Source: Candidatus Dojkabacteria bacterium
GTDB taxonomy: Bacteria; Patescibacteriota; Dojkabacteria; SC72
DNA length: 33,600 nucleotides
Reading direction: 5' to 3'
NCBI GenBank assembly: GCA_012842045.1
Contig: DUTP01000002.1
Coordinates: forward strand, 1-33,600
How positions within the stretch are numbered: the stretch's first letter is position 1; each line of letters starts with the position of its first letter. The position numbers and the translations under genes are program-made. The notes beneath the pieces are model-generated. The model did no database searches. It had not been told where the DNA came from and saw nothing but the letters and a program-made list of their open reading frames with translations. Shown piece by piece: positions 11,034-18,437 of this stretch.

Positions 11034-11637
11034 GTTTAAAGGAGATATTCTTAAACGAGATTTCTATCTTCAAAATATATTTGTTGTGCTTAGAGATACA
11101 TTAGGTAAAGTCTTAATCCGTCAAGAAGGAAATATTATTACAGGAGGGCGAATTGTAGAAGTAGAGGCATATCCGGGAGGAGAAGATAAAGGATCACATA
11201 CATACCTTAACAAGAGAACACCTAGAACAGAAGTTCAATTTGGAATAGGTGGACATGCATATATCTATACTGTTCATACACATCATCTTTTGAATGTTGT
11301 TATTGGTAAAAAAGGTATGCCTGGTGCTATTTTAATACGGGCAGTAGAACCAATGTATGGTATAGATGTTATGAAAGCGAGAAGAGGTATGGAAGATTTA
11401 AAATCTCTTACAAATGGTCCTGGTAAATTTACACAAGCTATGAATATTACAAAATTATTGAATGGTATTGATTTTTGTAGTAAGGATTCTGAATTGTTTT
11501 TAATAGATGATGGTTTTAAGGTTGAGGAAAAGAATATTGTTAAAACAACTAGAATAGGTATTGATTATGCAGAAGAATTTAGAGATGTACCTTGGAGATG
11601 GTATTTGGAAGGTAATATGTTTGTTAGTAGGGTGTAG
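11020..11637 (+). CDS. mpg: DNA-3-methyladenine glycosylase (AAG/MPG family)
   Basis: RIVEVEAY, SH, AYIY, AILIRAVEP, LTNGPGKFTQA, RIGIDYA...PWRW. Start inferred at GTG 11020 after GGAGG. Confidence 0.92.
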   Translation: MVVGKFKGDILKRDFYLQNIFVVLRDTLGKVLIRQEGNIITGGRIVEVEAYPGGEDKGSHTYLNKRTPRTEVQFGIGGHAYIYTVHTHHLLNVVIGKKGMPGAILIRAVEPMYGIDVMKARRGMEDLKSLTNGPGKFTQAMNITKLLNGIDFCSKDSELFLIDDGFKVEEKNIVKTTRIGIDYAEEFRDVPWRWYLEGNMFVSRV

Positions 11638-11721
11638 TAGTTCATAAAAATAGAGTTTTGTGTGTATAATATAGTTGTGGTAGATGTGAGTGTATCGTTA
11701 AATTAATATATTTGTTATTTT

Positions 11722-12585
11722 ATGCCAGAAGGAGAGAGTTCAGAAAGTGATTTAAAGATACAATTACCAGCAGATTATAGAAGTAGCCCACGAATTACTG
11801 CAATATATGGTGTAAATCAAGGGAGGACACAAGAAGTAGAAGATGCAATTCTTAAAGGTGTAGATGATAGTATTGATGCTTTTACAGGAGTACCTGATGT
11901 TAATGGACTAGTAGAAGTACCAGTTATTAGTAAAGAACAAGTGATTAGTTTAAGAGAGAAGATAGTAAATATTGATAAAGACTTTGGAACTCTAATAAGT
12001 GGGAGTAATCTATCTGCAAATGAATTACAATTAGCAAAAGTAATGTATATATATAATCATATTCTTAATACAGTAAGCTATGCTGATGTCGAATTTACTA
12101 ATGATGGTCATGTCTCTGGTTTGGATGCACTAAATCGTGGATATTCCACTGCTTCAGCATATTCAGCATTAGTAAAAAATGAATCTGTATGTAGGGGAAT
12201 AAGTGAAGCTATCTATCTGTTGTGTAAATATATGGAAGTAAATGCTGAAATATGGCCAGTAGAAAGACCACCACATGCGTTTAATAGAGTGAATATAGGA
12301 GGTGTTTGGTATAAATTAGATGCTACATATGAAATAGGTATTACTCCTGGTGCAAAAAAAGATAGATGGTCTTCAAACTATTTCCTAAGAGCATGGGGTA
12401 ATACTTCTACAGATTATCCAAGAGAACAAATTGCTTCTATGAAAAATTTTCTTGCAGGTAAAGGACTTCGTTTTGAAGGATATCCAGAGAAACCTAAGAT
12501 TCAAATTAAACCACCTAAGATTGATATTAGAGGTAGGAGCGATAAACGACCTAGGATTGAAGTTAGAACTAGAAGTGATACATAG
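11722..12585 (+). CDS. Transglutaminase-like (Cys-His-Asp) domain protein
   Basis: ALVKNESVCRGISEA (Cys), HAFNRVNI (His), WYKLDAT (Asp). No signal peptide. Confidence 0.82.
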   Translation: MPEGESSESDLKIQLPADYRSSPRITAIYGVNQGRTQEVEDAILKGVDDSIDAFTGVPDVNGLVEVPVISKEQVISLREKIVNIDKDFGTLISGSNLSANELQLAKVMYIYNHILNTVSYADVEFTNDGHVSGLDALNRGYSTASAYSALVKNESVCRGISEAIYLLCKYMEVNAEIWPVERPPHAFNRVNIGGVWYKLDATYEIGITPGAKKDRWSSNYFLRAWGNTSTDYPREQIASMKNFLAGKGLRFEGYPEKPKIQIKPPKIDIRGRSDKRPRIEVRTRSDT

Positions 12586-12637
12586 TGAGGTTGAAGAATT
12601 TGTGAATAGGGTGAACAAAAGTAAAAAGTATCTTCTA

Positions 12638-12769
12638 CTATGAACATTTTGAATCTCCATATCTCATTTGTAGAAGTATTTTTTGTGCATCTATTTTAGA
12701 AGTCTTAGGAGTTTCAGGAAGTATTAACTTTTTCCAATCTTTAATTGTTTTCTTTTGTTCTTTGGTCAT
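12638..12769 (-). CDS. Small ORF (43 aa), possibly antitoxin-like
   Basis: Manual translation MTKEQKKTIKDWKKLILPETPKTSKIDAQKILLQMRYGDSKCS. Not in the supplied ORF track; a -10-like TGTAATACT lies 5 nt upstream. Confidence 0.4.
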   Translation of the reverse strand: MTKEQKKTIKDWKKLILPETPKTSKIDAQKILLQMRYGDSKCS

Positions 12770-12882
12770 GTCAGAGTATTACATAAAAACATTGAAGGTT
12801 CAAACATAGTTAATAATTTTATATTCTCTAGGGTTATGTTAAGATATGAGCTATGAATAAATAAGAAGTAGTATAATACATT

Positions 12883-13371
12883 ATGGAATTAGAGAAAGTA
12901 GATACATTAGAAAAAAATTTAACAAAAATCTTAGAATATCAAGAAGAGGGTTATCTATTCCATGGTTCTCGTATGAATAATATTGAAATGTTAGAACCAC
13001 AAAGATCTTACGATGTTGATTCTACAAATACATTCAATAATGATACAGCTGTATTTGCAAGTGCAAATCCTCAATCTTGTATTTTTGCCCTGTTAGATAG
13101 AGAAAAAATGCCAGAAGAAATGCAAAAAGGTACTGTGATAGTTCGTAATCGAGGTAATTCTTTATTAGCAGAAATACCTTCAAGGTGGAAGGTATATATA
13201 GAAAATAATGTAGGAACATTGTATGTAATTCCTCCAGATGGTTTTATAACAGAAGAAGGTGGGTCTTGGCAATATAAAAACAGAAAACCAGTTGTTCCAG
13301 TAGATAAGATATCTGTAAGTTTTGAACATTTTTTAAGATTGGGTGGAAAAGTTATTTGGACAGAGGAGTAA
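12883..13371 (+). CDS. Hypothetical protein, ADP-ribosyltransferase-like fold (Arr-like)
   Basis: YLFHGS, LEP, AVFASANP, GTLYVIPPDGF, WQYKNRKPVVPV. Confidence 0.55.
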   Translation: MELEKVDTLEKNLTKILEYQEEGYLFHGSRMNNIEMLEPQRSYDVDSTNTFNNDTAVFASANPQSCIFALLDREKMPEEMQKGTVIVRNRGNSLLAEIPSRWKVYIENNVGTLYVIPPDGFITEEGGSWQYKNRKPVVPVDKISVSFEHFLRLGGKVIWTEE

Positions 13372-13534
13372 ATCTAATTATTTCTTACTTCAAATATCTC
13401 TTGGTTGTACTCTTCTAAAAATATCACACCCTATATGATTTCATTACTAATTTACAATTAATGTTCTAATTGTATACTTAAAAGTATAAAAAGATACTGT
13501 ATGAAGAATTCTTTAGTATAATTATCGAAGATAT

Positions 13535-14146
13535 ATGTTACATAAAAACAATGTTAAAAAGAAAGATATAATAAGATTTATAATAATCCTATTAACCTAC
13601 ATCCTTACACCTATTCTCATACTTTTAAACCCACTATTTTTCAAATATAAATTTCTGTTTTTAGTAATAATAGGAATTTTAATATATCTTACCTTTAGAC
13701 TAACAGGAGTAACAAATGCAGAATTAGGAATAACAAAGAATAAATGGAAAGAATCTATAAAAGATATTATACCTTTTACTTTGCTGCTGATTGTAATAAC
13801 AATAGTACTAAGAACATTCGGTTTCCAAAGATTTAATCCTACAGAAACAATATACTTCTATCTCTTCTACCTCTTCATATCTTCTCCTGTACAAGAATTT
13901 TTGTATAGAAGTGTTTTTAAATATTTTGAGACAAAGAAACTCTTCTCTCCTGTAGTAGCTTTAATACTATCTTCTGTACTCTATTCATTTGTTCATATTA
14001 TTTACAAAGATATCTTTCTTTTACTAATTACTTTGGTTATTGGAATCATATGGTATACAGTATATGGAAAGACAAAGAATTTGTTAGGAGTTAGTATTAG
14101 TCATGCAGTACTAGGAATTTTAACAATAGCGTTGGGGATAATATAG
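13535..14146 (+). CDS. CPBP/CAAX (Abi) family intramembrane protease-like protein
   Basis: Multi-TM; motifs QEFLYR, YSFVH, SHAVLG. Confidence 0.85.
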   Translation: MLHKNNVKKKDIIRFIIILLTYILTPILILLNPLFFKYKFLFLVIIGILIYLTFRLTGVTNAELGITKNKWKESIKDIIPFTLLLIVITIVLRTFGFQRFNPTETIYFYLFYLFISSPVQEFLYRSVFKYFETKKLFSPVVALILSSVLYSFVHIIYKDIFLLLITLVIGIIWYTVYGKTKNLLGVSISHAVLGILTIALGII

Positions 14147-14169
14147 GTGTAAAAATAGTATAATACACT

Positions 14170-14784
14170 ATGACAAAACAGGATACTACAACTCAAACAA
14201 TTGCATATTATGATAACAATGCTAGATTATGGACATCTTCTCACGGAGGATATGAAAAAGAATCTTGGTGGAAAGATCAAATGGAAATATTTCATAAATA
14301 TCTCCCAAAAGGTAGAGTTTTAGAGATAGGTGCTGGTGCAGGTAAGGATGCAGAATCCCTCATAAATCTAGGTTATGACTATGTAGGAACTGATGCATCT
14401 AAAGAACTTCTTAAAATAGCAAAGGAAAGAAATCCTAATGCTGTTTTTCTTAACAAACCAGTACAAGAACTCGATTTAACTCTTGGTAAATTTGACGGAT
14501 TCTGGGCTGCTGCTGTACTGTTGCATATTCCTAAAGATGAAATGGTCGATGCATTAAAATGTATATCATTAGTACTTAAAGATGGAGGCATTGGCTTTAT
14601 AACCCTGAAAGAAGGGATAGGTGAGAAAGTCGATGAAAAAACAGGAAGACACTATTCGTATTTCCAAAAGGAAGAATTTGAAGATTTACTAAATCTAGTA
14701 AATTTTGAAGTTTTAGAAGGGGATATAATAGATAGGGAGGGAGAGAAATGGTTAATATTTCATATTAAAAAGGTTTCTAAATGA
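14170..14784 (+). CDS. Class I SAM-dependent methyltransferase
   Basis: VLEIGAGAGKDA, GTDAS, FDGFWAAAVLLHIP, LKDGG. Confidence 0.92.
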   Translation: MTKQDTTTQTIAYYDNNARLWTSSHGGYEKESWWKDQMEIFHKYLPKGRVLEIGAGAGKDAESLINLGYDYVGTDASKELLKIAKERNPNAVFLNKPVQELDLTLGKFDGFWAAAVLLHIPKDEMVDALKCISLVLKDGGIGFITLKEGIGEKVDEKTGRHYSYFQKEEFEDLLNLVNFEVLEGDIIDREGEKWLIFHIKKVSK

Positions 14785-15428
14785 CAAAATTTGACATAAT
14801 AACAATATTTCCTAAAACAATAGAAGAATATATAAATACAGGAATAATAAGAATAGCAAGAGAAAAAGGTCTTGTTGAAATTAATGTTCATGATCTAAGG
14901 AAATGGACAACTGATAAACACAAAACAGTAGATGACACACCGTATGGAGGAGGTCCAGGAATGATAATGAAGATAGAACCAATATACAATGCAATAAAGG
15001 AATTAAAAAAGAAAAATACTTTAGTTGCAATTACAACACCAAAAGGGGAACAACTAAAACAGAAGAAACTAGTAGAATTCTCTAAAGAAAAAGACTTACA
15101 CATGATAATCCTTTGTGGAAGATATGAAGGTTTTGATCAGAGAATACATGACTATTTAGTAAACTATGAATTCTCAGTAGGAGAGTATGTGCTTTCTGGA
15201 GGAGAACTTCCTGCTCTAGTATTAATAGATGGGATTACTAGGTTAATACCAGGAGTGTTAGGCAATGAATTATCCTTAGAAGAAGAGACTTTCAATGACA
15301 ATTCTCTAGAGTATCCTCAATATACAAAACCAGAAGATTTTAATGGTTGGAAAGTTCCTGATGTTCTTTTGTCTGGTAATCATAAGGAAATAGAGGAGTA
15401 CCGAAAAACGAACAAGAAAATGGTATAA
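14781..15428 (+). CDS. trmD: tRNA (guanine37-N1)-methyltransferase
   Basis: VDDTPYGGGPGM, CGRYEGFDQR, GEYVLSGGE, LEYPQYTKP, VPDVLLSGNH. Confidence 0.98.
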   Translation: MTKFDIITIFPKTIEEYINTGIIRIAREKGLVEINVHDLRKWTTDKHKTVDDTPYGGGPGMIMKIEPIYNAIKELKKKNTLVAITTPKGEQLKQKKLVEFSKEKDLHMIILCGRYEGFDQRIHDYLVNYEFSVGEYVLSGGELPALVLIDGITRLIPGVLGNELSLEEETFNDNSLEYPQYTKPEDFNGWKVPDVLLSGNHKEIEEYRKTNKKMV

Positions 15429-15479
15429 TATCTATGCAGTTCCAATTTCTGTCCTTAATACATTTAAATTTAAATTAAT

Positions 15480-15944
15480 ATGGATATGAGCAATAAAATA
15501 TCAATAACTGCAGAGAAACTTCAATCTCTCAAAGAGCGATTGCAAGAGTTGATAAAAAAGAAGAAAGATTTAGGAGAACATTTAGAACAGGCAAGATTGC
15601 ATGATGTAAGTGAGGATACAGATTCTATCAATGCTGTTGTTACTGAGCTACAAAAAGTTGATCAGAAGATTGCAGAAACAAATGACACTTTATCAAATGC
15701 AGAGGTTCTTAAAAAGACCAAAGCTAGAAATAAAATAGAGGTTGGTTCTGAAGTTACAGTGAAGGTGAAAGGTAAGACTGTGAAATATACAATAGTTTCA
15801 GATGTTGAGGCCGATCCTCTTGAAAATAAGATTTCTGATATATCACCTGTTGGCAAATCTCTTTTGGGGAAGAAAAAAGGAGATAAGATAGATGTTAATG
15901 TTGGAGAGAAACCAGTGACTTACGAGATTGTGAAAATAGACTAA
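15480..15944 (+). CDS. Second GreA/GreB-family (Gre-like) factor
   Basis: N-terminal coiled coil with tip HDVSEDTDS; C-terminal EADPLENKISDISPVGKSLLGKKKGD. Confidence 0.88.
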   Translation: MDMSNKISITAEKLQSLKERLQELIKKKKDLGEHLEQARLHDVSEDTDSINAVVTELQKVDQKIAETNDTLSNAEVLKKTKARNKIEVGSEVTVKVKGKTVKYTIVSDVEADPLENKISDISPVGKSLLGKKKGDKIDVNVGEKPVTYEIVKID

Positions 15945-17236
15945 GAGATATATAGATTTAAATCTTCTATCTTTACTCTTTCTTGTTTCATAGTATCTCT
16001 GTCTCTTACTGTGACAGTATCATTTTCTAGTGTTTCGTAATCAATAGTAATACAGTATGGTGTACCGATTTCATCTTGATATCTATATCTCTTTCCAATA
16101 TTGCCTCTACCATCCCATACAACTTTATGAGAATCAGCTAGTAGATCAAATACTTCTCTAGCTTTCTTAACAATATCTTCCTTGTTTCCAACAAGTGGGA
16201 ATATTGCAGCTCTGTATGCAGCAATATCTTTGTGTATCTTTAGTACAGTCCTCATATTTCCTTCACCTAAATCTTCCTCCTCATATGCATCAAGAAGTAG
16301 GTAAAGAAATGTTCTAGTAACACCACCGGAGGTCTCTACAATGTTAGGAATATATTTTTCATTTGTAATTGGATCAGTATATGTTAAATCTGTTCCAGAG
16401 AACTTCATATGTTGAGTTAAATCATAATCACCTCTCCAATGAATTCCTTCATTCTCAGCCCATCCCCAAGGAGCTAAATATTCAATATCGTATGCATTTT
16501 TAGCATAGAAGGCTAACTTGTCTTTAGGATGTTGATAGAATCTAAGGTTTTCGTGTTTTCTGTAAAGTTCTTTGTAGAACTTCATTCTTTCTTCTTTCCA
16601 GTATTCAAAATATTTTCCCATATCATCAGGATGTACAAAGAACTGTAAATCCCACTGCTCAAACTCTCTTGATCTAAATGTAAATCTTCCAGGAGTAACC
16701 TCATTTCTAAAAGTCTTACCAATCTGTGCAATACCAAAAGGAATCTGTTGTCTTGTACTATCTACAACATTCTTAAAGTCCAAATATATATTCTGACATG
16801 CTTCACCTCTTAGATATGCTTTTACTTTAGAACCTTCAATCACACCAACTTCTGTAACAAAGAGAAGATTGTAGGTTCTAGGTTCAGTAAATTCTTTCTT
16901 ACCACAATTAGGGCATTTATCTTCAATGTCTTCTGGTCTGAATCTCTGGTGACAACCCTTACACTCTACAACCTCATCACCAAAATTATCTATATGTCCA
17001 GATGCTTCCCAAACCTTAGGATGTGTAATGATTGTTCCATCAATTCCAACTACATTCTCTCTTTTATCAACCATATTCTTCCACCAATACCTCTTAAGGT
17101 TGTTTAACATTTCAACACCAACAGGACCATAGTCATAGAAACCTCCTATACCACCATATATCTCTGAATTTGGATATATTATTCCTCTTCTCTTACAAAG
17201 GGCAACTATATTATCAAGTGTATTTTTGTTTTCCAT
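15941..17236 (-). CDS. glyQS: Glycine--tRNA ligase (alpha2, class II)
   Basis: LCKRRG, EIYGG, DYGPVG, VWEASGH, QIGKTFRNE, REFEQ, IGKRYRYQDEIGTPY. Start set at MENK (17236). Confidence 0.97.
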   Translation of the reverse strand: MENKNTLDNIVALCKRRGIIYPNSEIYGGIGGFYDYGPVGVEMLNNLKRYWWKNMVDKRENVVGIDGTIITHPKVWEASGHIDNFGDEVVECKGCHQRFRPEDIEDKCPNCGKKEFTEPRTYNLLFVTEVGVIEGSKVKAYLRGEACQNIYLDFKNVVDSTRQQIPFGIAQIGKTFRNEVTPGRFTFRSREFEQWDLQFFVHPDDMGKYFEYWKEERMKFYKELYRKHENLRFYQHPKDKLAFYAKNAYDIEYLAPWGWAENEGIHWRGDYDLTQHMKFSGTDLTYTDPITNEKYIPNIVETSGGVTRTFLYLLLDAYEEEDLGEGNMRTVLKIHKDIAAYRAAIFPLVGNKEDIVKKAREVFDLLADSHKVVWDGRGNIGKRYRYQDEIGTPYCITIDYETLENDTVTVRDRDTMKQERVKIEDLNLYIS

Positions 17237-17342
17237 GAGTACCATTATATATTAAACATTTAACTAAACCAACTAAATTTATATCTTTTGTATACTATCT
17301 CTCTTGCAATCAATCTCTGTTTCAAATATATTTTAATTAGCA

Positions 17343-18308
17343 ATGAAGAAGCAAGAAAGAACCTTAGGAGAAATTGTAATACCATTAAATCATCTTATCA
17401 CAGTGGTTTTTGTTTGGTTAATTGCTGTTCCAATCTCTGTCTTTTTTTTCCTATCTCAAACAATAAAAAATCCGGGAAGAGTATTAGGTACGCAGAGTAA
17501 AGAGGTAGAAAGTGTTTTTTTGGAAGATAAAGAAAACCCTATATCTACTTCTGATCTTAAAGATGTAGGAAAAGTTGTAGTGGGAGATAAGGTATATTCA
17601 TTATCTATATGCTTAAAAGATCTGTGTAGGAATCTTTTTAATGATGATTTTAGGAGTTTGATAATAGGGGAAGAGTTAGATAAGTATAATTTTGAGAAGT
17701 ATATAGAAACTAATGTTCGTCCATATTTTGAATCGAAGTATGGTCAAAAGGTTGTTGTAAAGAATAGTAAGGGAGAATTTTTAGCTAGAGTTGAAGATGA
17801 GGTAATTAATTATAATTCTCTTTTTGATAAGGTTAATAGTGCATATTTAGCTGGAATAAACAATATTAAGATAGAGTTAGATTATAAAATAACAGCAGGT
17901 ACGGATGGAAAGTATGCAGATAAATATATTGAAATAGATAATTCACAGCAGAGATTATATGTTTGGGAGGAAGGAAAGATTATCAAAGAGATAGCATTGT
18001 CTGGGCCTGTCTATGGTTTTCAGGTGTATGGAGTTTTCCCAATAGTTGATAAGGGTAGAGAACCTATTGCTCCAGGAGGTAAGTATATGCCTTACTGGAT
18101 GGCTTTCTACTATAGCAAGAAACAAGATTCTTGGTATGGTCTTCATGCTTTGATTTGGGGATACAATGAAGATGGTACTAAGTGGTATGAGCCAGCTAGA
18201 AATATTGGAACTAGACAGAGTGCTGGTTGTATTAGAATGATGTTTGATGATGCTAAATGGCTTTATGAAAACTTTGAGAAAGGAGACCTTATCTTAATCC
18301 ATGAATAA
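17343..18308 (+). CDS. Membrane-anchored L,D-transpeptidase (YkuD) family protein
   Basis: N-terminal TM; YIEIDNSQQRLYVWE, MPYWMAF, YGLH, SAGCIRM, GDLILIH. Confidence 0.88.
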   Translation: MKKQERTLGEIVIPLNHLITVVFVWLIAVPISVFFFLSQTIKNPGRVLGTQSKEVESVFLEDKENPISTSDLKDVGKVVVGDKVYSLSICLKDLCRNLFNDDFRSLIIGEELDKYNFEKYIETNVRPYFESKYGQKVVVKNSKGEFLARVEDEVINYNSLFDKVNSAYLAGINNIKIELDYKITAGTDGKYADKYIEIDNSQQRLYVWEEGKIIKEIALSGPVYGFQVYGVFPIVDKGREPIAPGGKYMPYWMAFYYSKKQDSWYGLHALIWGYNEDGTKWYEPARNIGTRQSAGCIRMMFDDAKWLYENFEKGDLILIHE

Positions 18309-18437
18309 GGTGTGTTTTGTATAAATATATACATTTCTGTAAAAAAGAAAGTTTTGCTTGTGTGATAAGTGGAAATTTGCAGACCGTATCAATATATTAT
18401 GATATAATCTAGAAATTCATTTCAAATATTTAGTTCT

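Noticed and set aside
12385-12660. 91-aa minus-strand ORF as an intact toxin
   Set aside because: Mostly antisense to the transglutaminase-like gene, with no PIN or RelE residues beyond a questionable first few codons.
13372-13435. Minus-strand coding-like fragment (GVIFLEEYNQEIFEVRNN*)
   Set aside because: Too short to identify; possibly a gene remnant, but unsupported.
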